NCBI GenBank assembly: GCA_030141605.1
Contig: JAQGDQ010000185.1
Location: 248,001-312,000, forward strand
Source of the DNA: Tubiluchus corallicola
Taxonomy: Eukaryota > Animalia > Priapulida
Direction: 5' to 3'
DNA: 64,000 bases
Shown in pieces: positions 25,466 through 38,575 of the stretch. The notes beneath the pieces are model-generated. The model worked only from the letters and a program-made list of their open reading frames with translations. It was not told the origin of the DNA and did no database searches. The position numbers were made by a program, and so were the translations under genes. Every line of letters begins with the position of its first letter. Within the stretch, counting starts at the first letter, position 1.

Positions 25466-28400
25466 GCCTTCCTACAAATCATACAGTTTCCTCTTCCTTC
25501 CCTTCATCAGGAACAAAAATTCCAATTTATCCAATACAGACATCACGAAATAAGTACGCAATAAGCCCTCTTGAGTTCCGGGTTGCAGCGTGCTGAACTG
25601 TATAAAAGCATATACAAATTTGATACAATTTCTAGATCAAACTTTTACACGGAAAAGCACGAAACATTCATTAATTTCAGTTATTATCAAAATCATTGGC
25701 ATTTGATTTTAAAAGTCATATCACGTAGATAACCAAATTAAGCTAGTTACTATTTTCTAATAAAAGTAACTATCTAGGCCGCTACGCTACAGAGTTGTAA
25801 ATATTTACACAAACTTACCCAACAGACGTACACTGAATATCTTAGGTATGCGAAACCATGAATTTTTCACATAACAAAGTCAATAAACGTACGCAATTAC
25901 TATAGTATCAGAAAAACACCATGTGTACATTACGAATTTACGATAAGAAAGTAGTAGTTTTTATTTCGCTTACGCAGCACTAACAACGTATACACGTAAA
26001 AGTTCGAAACAGCAACAATGAACTGACTGTAGAAATGATATTCACAGTTAAAACAGGCTCCTCAAATACTGCTTTGACGTTTAACTGTTTACGGAAACTT
26101 ATTTAACCATTTTGTCAATATTTCAACTCACGCAACTTGAAATGTTCTAACAAAAATTTACAGTGTAAAAAACAGTTAAGTTTCTTTCAATTTCAGTACA
26201 AAAACAAAAACGCACAATTAAGGAACAATTGTTTCGCAACAGGATACTTACACAAATACAAACACTTTTTTTCATAAACTAATACAGTCACTTTAAAAAC
26301 AAAGTTTGGTGGTTTTAAATAAATACGCCCAGTTGACAAATTTAGACATTGGTTAACGTTCAGCTGAGATTCTACTTTCATACATAGGATTACGTCTTGT
26401 CGTTATTTTGTTTATAACTAAGACGTAAACTGGATAATTAAACTACAGATGGCACTACTAACCTGCAACGCAAAACAGAGTGACTACTGTACTGTCCAGA
26501 AAGAAAGCAGACGCTTTGCCACAATTTTAAGCAGCACATTTAAATATTTTGATGCCTTGTGGTACTGTAAAGGTTTTGGTATGCATGAGCTTTTATGGAC
26601 TATGCAAAAAGCAATAGCGCGGCTGGTGAGAGCATGCAGACGTGGACACTGGCTAAAGAGGTTATACAACATACACCTCATTGTACCTCATGGTCCATGG
26701 AACGATAATCACATTATTGATTTGACAATAGATAATAAAACGCTATATAAGCCTATGACAATGAAACAAGTATGCAACACACATCGATATTACTTAATTT
26801 GATAAGTTCTAGCGTAGGAATAAAGTCGATGGGGCTAATGAGATCATAGAGCTGAAGACTAATTAGTCTACAAGAGGTGAAACTTTTAGTATTACAAACA
26901 AGTGGACGCCATTAGGTCATACAAAGGGAAATTTAAAACCGACAAAGCTATCTAGACTAGAAGGTTAAAGCTCGCACGTTTGCCTTGTTGTCCCGAAAGT
27001 TCCGCTTGTGTTTTTGGCTTATTATGAACTAAACTGCCTCACCAATCAACTACGATAACTTTTGCTAAGGAGGGAAATTACGCTCATGCAGAGACTATAG
27101 TACAGCATGTAAAGGTAAACACTGCAGCTCGGCACGCCAATAAAGCACACACGCATAGGTAAATATTATTACCACATCATAATGAAGGAAAAAATTGCAC
27201 ACTCAGACACACACGCGTAGCTGTCAACTGGAGTATCAGCAATTAAACTGCCTGGCTTGCGTGTGGCTATATATAAAGACGCTCATTGCTATGCGAAGAT
27301 TCATAAATTTAGCCAATAAAACATGCAAATGGACAACCATCTACAATACCAATGTAGCTCAATGTTTAGAAGGACTACTACGAATTTAAAAAAACACGAA
27401 GTTCAGATGTAATGACTTAGCAGTGATATTATATCACTAGACTACATTGATTTTCTTATGTAATGAGTCTACAGATCTACAGTAGACCAAATCAGACCAA
27501 ATCTCAAAATCGTTACAGCAGTTGTGGCACAGGACTTGGCTGTGACCGTCCTGTAGTTTTAAGAGTAACGGAATACAACAAGCACCAAAAATTTGTCAAA
27601 TTTTCATCTAACACTTTGCAAAATGCCTTTTAAAAAGATGCCAAAGAATATATCCATTGCATACAAAACCAAGAAGTCAATAGCATTTGATGCCACAGGG
27701 CTTGTTGCGGTACCAAACTCCCAAGTACTGATTCACATCACGAACTGATGGAGTCTGATATTTAAAATTAACACCTTCATGAACAGCAATTAAAGAGGGA
27801 GTTGCCCCGAGTGCATAGCACTGAACAAGTTGAATAACTCATGAAAATTCCTCCAAGAGCCAGTTTATAACGTTTGCTCGGGTAAAAACCGACCCTAATT
27901 AATTCCAGTTGCTAGGCAACATTATTTCAAAAATGACCATCCTGGCACGTTCATTGCTCTGGGTTACAAAGACTTACAACTCCTTGCCTTAGATTTAAAT
28001 CTGTAGATGTCTGAGGACATGGCAACCTCAAAGATCACAGACCTTTGATAAACAACTCAAGGTTAAAAAAACAGGGGCAATTTTCATACGGACAACAAAA
28101 TATAACATTCCAAAATTAAATGTCTGCTACTGATAACAAAAGATGAAAAGATTGTGAATTTTGTTTACAAAAGCATACAGTTCTGAAACAGAAAATTAGT
28201 CTCATGAAGTAATCATTAATATATAACTTTTACTAAGTCAATGATATTTCAAGTCTGACAATGTTGACAATGTTGACAGTTTAAATCTGCTCCACTTTAC
28301 AAGAAATATGTACATGAACATATTTAAAGAGCCATAGATTTAATAATTTACGTTAGTGGGCTGAAACGATTTTAACTGTTTTTTGGTGTGATTGGAAAAG

Positions 28401-31051
28401 AATAACGGATAATCTATAAATTAAAGACTAAGAGAGCTGTTAGCGTTTTTATTAATTAACACGTGCTTTTGTTACTAAAATTAACATTAAAAGAGTATGT
28501 ACTGTCACTCTTTGGAAATTTAAAAACAGAGATATACTGTACATCGTGTACTGCTTATTTTCACAGCTACAATTTAACTGCTCATTATCTTCACTACTGC
28601 TACTGTTTATTTTCATTGCTATATTTTAATGTCAGGGTTAGCGGCTTTACTAGTTTATTATTTTACAATAATTTGTGCTTATCAACAGTTAATTAATGGG
28701 GTTACATCGAGAAATGACATAATGGGGGACTATGAACTTTCCTGTTGTAACAGCGTCACATGAATGATAAGATGGGTGGAGTAGGCATAACGGTTCAAAC
28801 AAAATCAGACATTCCGACTGATAGAAGCAAGTCTCACGAGTTTGCATGCCTCACCACTGTATAGACAGCTAACATACAGGTGTAGACAAAATGCATATAT
28901 TACCTGGCTACTACCATCAGTTGACTGGGGGAAAGTCTATTGTACAGAAGTCCATGGTCCATGTAACAAGTACACAAAAACCTTGCCTTGCGGATGTGAG
29001 TTAAAACAAACTACTAGGTATATTAAATTCACTTTTTTCAGCAACTACCAATTGGGCAAAGTTTGAATTCCATTTGAAATAAGTCAGCACCTTGAAGTTT
29101 TTTGGTTGTGAGAAGACAAAAGCGCAAAGTGAAGTTGGACACATTCAAGGATTGAATGTGCTCAATTCCTACTAGCGAAATTAGTCTAAATATGTTGCTG
29201 AATTATGTATGCTGAATTAAATAGAATTAACACAGAAATTAAATGTTTGAACATACCAGATATAACATGCACATATAATCACATCATACCTATACTAGAA
29301 CATAATTATACTTTCATAAAACATGTTGAAAAGTCGACCCCTTTAGTGTGCTACTCTAAAAAATTATTAGGTCTGCAGTGTACTGAGTGTACCAATTTGA
29401 TTACTCCTAACCTCATTCGTGTAAAATAATATTTACAGTTCCTATTTCAAACAGAAATAAAGTACTAAATAAGCTGACAGTGATACAAAAGATGAAAAGA
29501 CAGTTTGAGACTGCAAAAATGAAATGACATCATGAGATGAATTAAACGGATTCATGTATTTCCACACATTGGGTGGTTTTTCAGCCTCTTAAATGAAGGC
29601 CTGAGGCCACAGAGCCAGAAGATTGCAAAAATTTCACAAAACCTGATGAGATAAACAGACAAATAAATGAACAAAAGAAATGAAAAACTGCACAGGCACA
29701 ACGTGACAAAATGGATATCAAACATAGCTATCAAAGATAAATCTAACAGATAAGTATTTCTAAATGATGACTATTCAGATAATTCTTCTATTAAATACAT
29801 TAAAAACAGTGTAATTAAAAGAGATTACAAATGTAAATAAAGGTAAAAACTAAAAAAATAATATATTTCAACCTCGTGTTGCAAAAAGGTGTATTTGTTT
29901 TTTAGAGCTTGAACACCTCTTCATATCATATGACCATGAGCTGAAGATTCGAGATACACTGATCATATTAACATGAGGCTATGTAACAGTGTAAATACTA
30001 ACACAAATATAATATATATATATATATATGCCCAATCCAAGAACCTTTACACAAGCCTTAATTACTTCCTAATAGTCCTGTAAACATACCAACACAATGA
30101 AAGCTCTGGCTGTTTTTTTCCACGTAAACCAGTATAGGGACCGCCGAAGGAGGGAACTGGTTTATAAGAAGTATTTTTCTCTCTGTAGAGTGGAACACAG
30201 AACCTCTTGTTTAGGCCAGTGAGCAAAACAGGAAACTTTCATTCATGAATGTGGTCAGGTCTACTTGACTGACACTGGAGTCCGACGATGGCGTGCCGAA
30301 AACATGTTTTCTTTTTTTACGAAATGAAAATAACGAAAATACCAAGCAGGTACACACCCAGTGGTAATGAATGAAAAGTTTTTTTCTTTCTTCTTGCCAC
30401 AAAATACTTACTTGCGATAAAAAAAAGTTCGGTAAATGAGAAAGTTCTGTTCAAAGTAATTAGGGGTTATTAATTTCTAGTATTTTCTACATTTGCTGAC
30501 AACAAAATGCACACTCAATAAAGGTGCAAAACCTAGTTATTTTGATCATGCAGTTATATTAAATTTGCCCGAGCAAAAGCAGTAATTACAAGTTTTGAAA
30601 TATTTTACTGAATGTAGTTAGTAAAGTTTAGCAAACACCTGTAACTGTGTTGTTTACCTTTCCATTATACAAAACTCATGAATCACCTTTAAAGTTATAA
30701 GCTCGTCTAGCAACATCTCCAAAACTTCTGCCAAGATGATAAATCTGCCATAATTAACTCATAATTACTACACTAAATTAACCATTCTATTTTGTGCAAT
30801 CATTTAATAAGTACATTTAGGGCAAAATAACGACGCTGTCGTTTTGGAGATACCACAACACAATACACAATAGGCCTATCGTTAGTGGTTACATTAATGG
30901 CCACAACATATATACCAAATAATAGGCCTATCATTAAAAAACATGCTGCAACCGACTCAGATTTACAGCTTTATGTAGTGCCAAAACTCTGGCTATAACT
31001 GGCTTACTACAATGTGACTCACGAATAAGTACAAAAATGGAACCGACTCAC

Positions 31052-31400
31052 CTGTACAAAGGCTGGTCGCCAAGGGAAGAAAGGTAGCACAGTTAAGTCA
31101 GGTGAGGTCGATAACAAAATTCGTGTAGCACGCTGAATCTTAAAAAACTAATCTTACAGCAACTTTCTAAGTATATTTCATTTATTCTTTTAAGACCTCA
31201 TGCACAAAACCGAAAACTTCAAGTTGACTAAATAACGGTAATGAGTAAAATATTCCTTACACACGTATTCAATGGTACAGCAAACCAATAATTCTGTCTC
31301 TAACTCTCCGCCTCCATAGCCAAGCTACCTATTGGACATGCGCAACACAAGCGGGTGTCGCTACCTGTGGCCAGGTAAACGAACTTTGTTACGATACCTC
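31052..31400 (-). promoter_or_regulatory. Perfect donor CAG|GTGAGT (31051) with upstream CCAAT-containing region: non-coding first exon/promoter or recursive site
   Basis: Consensus donor; the phase-2 frame upstream is closed. CCAAT/ATTGG at ~31285 and ~31331, catgcgca at ~31337. Upstream boundary unknown. Confidence 0.35.
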
Positions 31401-32331
31401 CCGATAAACTAAGTATGTACATCAAGGAAATTTTACTGAACGCAAACTGTAAATAAAAATCGTTCAACGTAAAATTTTAAAATAATCAAATTATTTAGCT
31501 ATCATTTTGGCTAAAACTAAGGTATGGGGCTTGTGCTCGTTTACACTGGAACTTAGAAATAAGCCGATTGGTTCACAGAGAGCTAAAAAAAACATGCCAA
31601 AATTTAATAAAGCGTTAGGTACTACTAGTACATAAATTCACGCTAGCAATATTACCACCAACGCCTACAGAGGAGGTACCAATCTTACGAAAAGCCCTTA
31701 CAATCTCATGTTATAAGCCCCTATTGCTTATGAATAATACATGACAGCCTATCAAAATTTCCGTGCAGCGTGCGCTATTTATAAGGGAAATCTTGCTGGT
31801 TGTGACATACTGCAATATGCAGGTATTCCGACACAGGTCAATGACACTGTAAGTAAACTACCAGCATGCAATAAAAACCACCTAAAACTTACAGGTTAAC
31901 CCATCAACTTGTAAATTTGAATTCCGTTTCACTGCACAGGAGTATTATTTTTAGCTGAGTACGGCCAGAAAGTTAAAGTAACTCCAGGATCCAAATCGTA
32001 AAGGACAACTAAAACATATGCCCGTGCCTGTTATGTAGCTATGATAATAATAAGTATTGTATTGTTAATTTGTTATGCTACTAAACCTACGCGGTCAATA
32101 AATTAAACTATGTATCTACAATATAGATTTTTTGTGCATTGACGATTATGCTTGGGGCTGCAAAATTTTCAGGCAAAAAGATCTTTGTATTGCAGCCGCT
32201 AACGTAGCCGTATGCTCAGACGTTGATTAGACCCATAGATGATGCTGCCATCTGTGAGAAGTAACATAAACCATTGCTTCGCGTGACTGCGATTTGGAAG
32301 AGAAACATATATAATATGAATTTCAAAATCT

Positions 32332-32535
32332 AGGGCCAGATTTATGGACGATTTAACGAATAGGAAAAAGGATGGCAGATTTAAGTGGGATTTATCAAGC
32401 CTTTTAATTTACGAATTTTTGTAAGATGTTTCTCAAAGTTTCACTAGAAAACTTGATAAATATTCTTACGAACTTCGTTCTATTTTGCGTAATATCGTTT
32501 TTACGAATATTCTTGCGAACGCAGTGATAAATCAG
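32332..32535. mobile_element. Possible degenerate Harbinger-type MITE
   Basis: Starts agggccagatttat; internal ttacgaa/tcttacga repeats; only a partial inverted match (ataaatc) at the right end. Confidence 0.3.
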
Positions 32536-33319
32536 AATTAACATTTGAAAACCGTGTCACTCAAATACCTTAATCGGAGAAAAAATTTAATGTATTCACC
32601 GTCCAAACCCATAAAAACTGCATAATTGGGTGCAGCTATACGGCCTTTTTCTTCTTTATACAGGACGTTCCAGAATTAACCAGTGAAAGAAGAAACACAT
32701 AAGAATTCACCTGATATGCATATATATATGGGAATGTACAAAAACAAAGTTATATGGTAGTTAGTTACTGTATCAAAAGAAGTAACTAACGACAGGCTAT
32801 TAAAACATTAAATAAAAGATACAGGTGTTTATGCCATTTTTATGAATCGCTACGTTTACACCTCATCTTCATAAAAATCATAGTGTAATAGTAGGAAACT
32901 TAAAGTAGAGTTCAGTATTGGCATCAGATAAGAACAAAATACTTAACTTTCCATTAAATTCATGTAACAGATGTACATGTATTAGCACCGCAGTTTTATT
33001 AGGTCTAATTTTGAACATTCAGCATGTCGTGTCGGTGCTATTGTGACTGAATACCAGGCCTCTCGGACAATGAAAATTACAGCTCTAATCTCCACAATTA
33101 CCCGTCCACACTTGTACGATGTCCTCAAATATGGTTTACAGACAGATGTAATATGGGGCAGGAGTATATTCACAGCGATTATACAGACAGGTAGTACATG
33201 ACGATTGCACATCATTATCATTGTCTCATTAGGTGGATTACGCATACACCTGTGTACATAGGTGATGTAAACCAGCACAACGCTACTAACCTTTGAACTG
33301 ACGCATGAGTGTACGGTAA

Positions 33320-33520
33320 TGTTTACAGGCCTATTAGGCATCGTTCCTGGCTCGTTTTCATCGAGTTTTATTATCCCCGGAACAGCTGGTCCAACAAGAG
33401 AGTTCAAAACTGGCTACAGAGAGTTGAGTATTATTGATGAATTTCTAAGTATCGCTCTCCATATAATTTCGACAACCATTCAAATATTCGTTTCTTGCTA
33501 CCCTATAGAGAGTCTACGTC
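33320..33520 (-). pseudogene. Diverged tandem copy of the 33876-34130 first-exon/promoter segment
   Basis: acaggcct..cat..ctcgttttcat..gagtttt..ggtccaacaagagagtt..ctctccatata aligns with 33957-34085. Peptide GTMPNRPV corresponds to DSMSQRPV. The first ATG equivalent is out of frame. Confidence 0.55.
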
Positions 33521-33875
33521 CTACACATGTAAAATCGTAGACAGGCCTAACAATTTAACAAGCCCCCAAAAAGACTTCAGAGTTCTTGTATTTATTGAAT
33601 GTCATGTATATTTGGGCACGCAGAAACACGAAATTGCAGAGACTTTCTAAAAATCCAAATAATTTCTTGAGAAGAACTACGCGAAAGGAAATTAAACAAC
33701 AAAAAGTAACAATCGCTGGAAACAATTGTATTTGTTTAGCAATAATTATTCATTACGAGTGTCAAAAGGAACTTTAAAAGATATTTAGTTCCACTGTCCA
33801 CGCCATAAAATTCACCGTCCGTTTTAAAATTAAACTAAATAATTTCATGACCATTCTAAAAATTATTTCACTTAC

Positions 33876-34000
33876 GCAATATCTTTGATCAGCTCATGTT
33901 TCAGATCGCCCTTCGGTCGAATAAACCTGAACGATTCTGACCGTTTCCTCGTCACCACAGGCCTCTGTGACATGCTGTCTGTATCCGCTTGTTTTTCCAT
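33876..34000 (-). CDS. Candidate alternative first coding exon (phase 2)
   Basis: caaATGG at 34000 is the first ATG after an in-frame stop and is open to donor GC|GTAAGT at 33875; 125 nt = 41 codons + 2. MEKQADTDSMSQRPVVTRKRSESFRFIRPKGDLKHELIKDI(A). Tandem CCAAT boxes at 34048-34060 and a CpG-richer region upstream. Confidence 0.6.
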
Positions 34001-35739
34001 TTGAGGTTTTTTCTCTTGTAGGTCCAACAAAAGAGTTGAGGTTCTAGCCAATCAGCCAATTTTTGATTAAACACTGTCCATATAGTCGTGGCATTAACTG
34101 CATGTTATCAGTTTTATAGTGAAACACGCACGCTGCACATACGGCTAATGTTCATAGCCGTCGCCGTCGCCTTACCATACTTGTAATTACTAGTTTAAGT
34201 TTAAACTGGTAAGCTAATTAAACTGCTTAAAAGTTTCCGCTCGTTAAAATGGAACGCTGGGAATGAAATTCCTCGCGTTTGTCGCACGCAGTCTGCCTTC
34301 TCTGCGGTGGCTTTCCTTGTTATTATCTAGCTTGCTCTGATAGTCAAATAACCTGCTGACCAATCGTGGTCAGTTTGCCAGTCAAGACCAGCGTATTTTT
34401 TTAAAGAGTAGCCCGCCTAGGCATAGAGAGCACAAATTCCAGGGTTCTATAAAAACGGTGCAACGAAAAGACCTTCCCAAGTCCAGTTGGAGAGTAAACA
34501 CTCTGGGCACAAAGCCACAGACAAACGAATAATGGCTTACCAATAAATCCACAAACAGCTAAGGCAGAATATCAATTTTGCCTGGTCCTTTTTTATACAG
34601 CTATTACCTTCGTGCTTCTGCTATCGTTCTTATTTTTATGAATTTTTATATTTTACCAAATTTCTTCCAGATATTGCCGAAATCGTTTTTACTGATTTCT
34701 GATGCTGGTGCCGCAACATGGCAAAAATAATAGTAAAAACGCTTGTTTTACGGCCCGAAAGCAGAAGTTACAAACGAATCCAGGTTCCAACTTCAATGAA
34801 GTAGAGCACTCAAAAATAGAAACAAAACTATGCCATCAATTTTGACCCATTATATTGACCACAACGTACATTCTCGTGACAAATCAACAGAACAGTTTTC
34901 GCAAAATGACGACAGCACGAACCAAACTGCACACTACCTCGTCTGTTTACGACTACGTCAGGCAAGGTTTTACACGTTAGTTCACAAGTGATTATAATAT
35001 AATCATTGTTTGAGCACTAATCCCTCGCCAGCCGGACGAATTATAAACTCAAGTTCCGGATTTTTTGCATCTCTAGCATCTTTGCGATCACCAGGTACAT
35101 CGAATAGGTAACAACATTCCCTTTAAACAGCTTTCATGAAAATATAGAACGATAACTCCAATATTACACTTGCTGATGTTTGAACATCGTTTTTCTGTTT
35201 AAACTTATCTAAGAATAAACAGTTAAACGCCGATGCTAGCCTGTTTGTCCAGTATAACTAGCACAGATACAGACTGCATGTACTCAACTTGAAAAGGACT
35301 GCTCCCCCACCTCCTATAACAATGCCGCCTGGTCTAGCGCATCCTGTTCAACTTCCTCAATTCAAATAACCCATTTTATTTTTCACCTGCCTGTGCCATT
35401 GAGAAAGACAAACATATAACGGTTCACCCTCAGCTTCCTTAGAACAGACAAAAGACAAAACAGACAGGTTTTAACGTTCTGGGGAGAGTACGGTAAAACG
35501 AACCCGGGTAGAAGGGATCAGAACTAAGAAGACAAGTAAAAATTAGCAGGGTCATATGACATCCATTGTTAATTTAAAAGACTAATGTAAATGTGCAAAA
35601 AATGTATACGGAAAGTGAAAAAGTGGCTGCATGAGCAAAACCTTTTACTCGATGAAGCTGCAGAGGCAAAATAAGCAGGTACGGCGGAAAGAATCCTGGG
35701 GCATAATAACTCCTGTACCAAATTCAGAATTCAAAAACA

Positions 35740-36036
35740 TACCTACGTAATGCAGATGTGAGTGACGGGACCAGTATCTACATCATTTTCAAGGATAATC
35801 CTCTAAGATTAAGGATTAAACTGACATAGGGTTTCAAAGAATTGGAACCCTACGTCACATGTATACAATCTTCCTCTACGTCGAGGGGGGAGTAGAATGG
35901 CAGACGAAACCGCCCAGAGACAGATCCTCAAGCACTCAAGCAGTCACCCATCCATTTATTGATGTAGGCTTAGTGTAGCTTAACTTCAGCCGTACGCATA
36001 CTCATACCATGACCAATGAACTATATCCCTATAGGC
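35740..36036 (-). mobile_element. 5S rRNA-derived SINE (SINE3-type) remnant or 5S pseudogene with downstream body
   Basis: Minus strand: GCCTA start (36036), GAAGTTAAGC (box A) 49 nt later and TGGATGGGTGAC (box C) 23 nt after that, i.e. 5S-like spacing with a diverged intervening sequence. Downstream 14/16 hairpin at 35822-35857. Confidence 0.7.
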
Positions 36037-36084
36037 GATATTACCTGATTAGTTAATTTCTAATAAAATCTTTTAATGTCTTCT

Positions 36085-36150
36085 TAGCATATAAGCTTCC
36101 TGGAAAACAGAAGGTCTTGGGTTTGAGGCCCAGTGGAGGTGCAAACTTTT
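36085..36150 (+). mobile_element. Degenerate tRNA-like SINE head
   Basis: aaggtcttgggtttgaggcccag resembles a variable loop plus T-arm/B-box. Confidence 0.3.
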
Positions 36151-37773
36151 CCTGACTTTGCAATTTGGTATTGCTTTTGCGCGCTTGTATGATAAAAATC
36201 TTTTTTAAACACGGGTTAAAGTCCATTAACTTTAACTTATGGATTACATAAATTTAATTCTTTTTCAAATACACGCTACTAAAATGGCTAGTGAACATCA
36301 ATATTTAACAACGTAGCTAATCTATACAGTAATAGAGAACGATGAGCATTATATTGCAAATGCCGAGATTTGGAAAATTGGAAAACACCAAGAATTACTG
36401 CTCCTCACAACAATTACTCAAAATCGACTATTTCACACGTAAATCGCACGCAAAACTGGTTATTTTAATGCAAAAGTAGGCACTTCGGGCAGGTCTTTGG
36501 CATGACTTTTTCTATTGTGTACTTTGTTGAAAAGAAGAATAGCGTCTCTGAACCGGGGGCTACTTTTTCTCAAACCGCGACGTTTAGATGAGTTTAGGAG
36601 CACGTTTTACGGTAAATAGGATTTTGAAGATTGCTGCTATTAAACACTTTTGAACACAAAAGCTTTGGAAAGCACTAAAATGTCGATAGGTCGGACAGAT
36701 TTTGGTTTTCTACCTTGAACTAAGAATTTTAGAAAACGAATTAATTTTTTTAATCAATATGAGCAACTAATGCCAAGGTATAAAAACGCAAATAGTACTG
36801 ATGAACTAGACATAACACTGTGCAAAGCGTGTCTATTTATATTACTTTTTATTTTGTTTTATTTTCGACTCAAAAATGGTATCTAAAAGGAGTATTACGC
36901 TGAGATATAAGCAAAAACGCATTAAAAACATCACTTATATCGTTATTTTTCAGCCGCAATTGAATCTGCCTTAATAATTATACAGGATCAATCATCTGAA
37001 CTAAAATTCAGTGGTTTTGTACAATCTTTCGATCTTTTAGGCTTGTGTGTTGCGGAAGAACTTTACTGGTTACTAACTTTAATGTACCATATGAATAAAC
37101 TTTACAAAACTGTGTTTAACAGTTAAAACTAGTAATTTATAGTCATTATTGCACCCATTGTGTTAGGAAACTAATACTTGAGGTCTATTTGTGTTCGATA
37201 ATCAAGAAAACATTACTGCAAAATCTGCGCCAGGTAAGCGTCTTCCATTATAATATTATTTTAATTGTTGAATTCCAGCACGAAAACGCCCACTAGAGCT
37301 GTTATTTTTTCGCGAAAAAACGGCGGCTACACGACACACAGTTAAACCACAGTAAACCGGCTACTCAAAATCACAAAATGATGTGCACCAAATAGGCTTA
37401 ACCGGCTTTAACTAATTCGACACACACAAAAAACATCAGCCTGTTGCAAATTCACAAAACTTTACTGCACCATCCCAACTCAAACCGCAATGTGTAGTCT
37501 CCCAAGAAGAGAATTATTTGAACTTTCGCTTGACACAGCACAAACATCTGACCGGACAAGATGTGTGCATAAAATCTTAACCGAAATGAATAGGCATCGC
37601 AAGACAGCGAAGACTGAACACGAGAAAATAACCAATGTAGTGCAATTGAAAACTGTAGCAGGTTGACAGGTATAATCAGTCAAGTTGTACTGCAGAAATG
37701 AAGATTGCATGACATGCAGCAGGTTCGCTGTCCAGATTTCCATGCACAAAGGACCGTGTTGTGTGTACATTCC

Positions 37774-38110
37774 TTGAGTCAGTTAGTGAGTTCGTTGGTC
37801 ATTAGACAGACTCTCGGGTAATTCAACGTTAGATACGGTTGTTTGATCGCTTACATCTTATGCGTAGCCGATATTCAACTTTCTTGACGGTAAGCCAACC
37901 AATCAATCAGTCAGCTAGTCAGTCAGCGGCCAGTTTGTCGGTCAGCTATACTCGGTAATGAATCGATAATGAGAGAAAATAGTAAGCCAGTCAGTCAGGT
38001 AGGCAGGTAGGAGTTAGTTAGTCAGTTATTCAGTCAGTCAGGTAGGCAGGTAGGAGTTAGTTAGTCAGTCATTCAGTCAGTCAGTCATTCAGTTAGATCA
38101 GCTCTTAGGT
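37774..38110. repeat. Degenerate (CAGT)n-rich repeat with an internal 43-bp tandem duplication (37988-38073)
   Basis: cagtcagtcaggtaggcaggtaggagttagttagtcagt(t/c)att occurs twice in tandem; flanks are rich in agtc units. Confidence 0.75.
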
Positions 38111-38476
38111 TCAATCATTAAGCGTCAGTCAAATGATCGGTTTAGATACGAAACGTTTCGCTTATACATACATTCATAATCATGTCAGCAGACAATAACA
38201 AACAAAAATAACTTTTAATGACTTTCAAACTTTTAAGTTTGTGCATATGTTTGCCCTTCTTGTGTTCAAAAACGCTGAGTAGTGACAGTTCGACTTGTAT
38301 GCAAAATTATGCCCATAAACTGTGACACTGGTTGTTTGCGTAGACAGTGGAAGACAGACGTGGAATGTAAGTTATGATATACATAATGCAACTTAAACTT
38401 AATATCAACTTTATAAAATTACGCATAACATTTTGTGTGCTTTTGGAGCATCTAGCGTTTTCGAATTTGCACTTAC

Positions 38477-38575
38477 ACCGGGTGGCGTAGCTCCATGGTA
38501 GCGGGCTCAATTCCCAACCGGGTCATACCAATGACTTAAAAAATGGCACCGCTGGTTCTTCGACCAAGCACGCGC
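38477..38575 (+). mobile_element. tRNA-derived SINE remnant, same family as 25235-25345
   Basis: A-box-like tagctccatgg, B-box-like gggctcaattccc, then ccgggtcataccaatgacttaaaaaatggcacc. Confidence 0.7.

Noticed and set aside
27908-27920. RFX X-box GTTGCTAGGCAAC
   Set aside because: Single motif in repeat-like sequence with no nearby candidate start site.
35937-36036. Functional 5S rRNA gene
   Set aside because: Only the internal promoter boxes are conserved; helices and the 3' end are degenerate.
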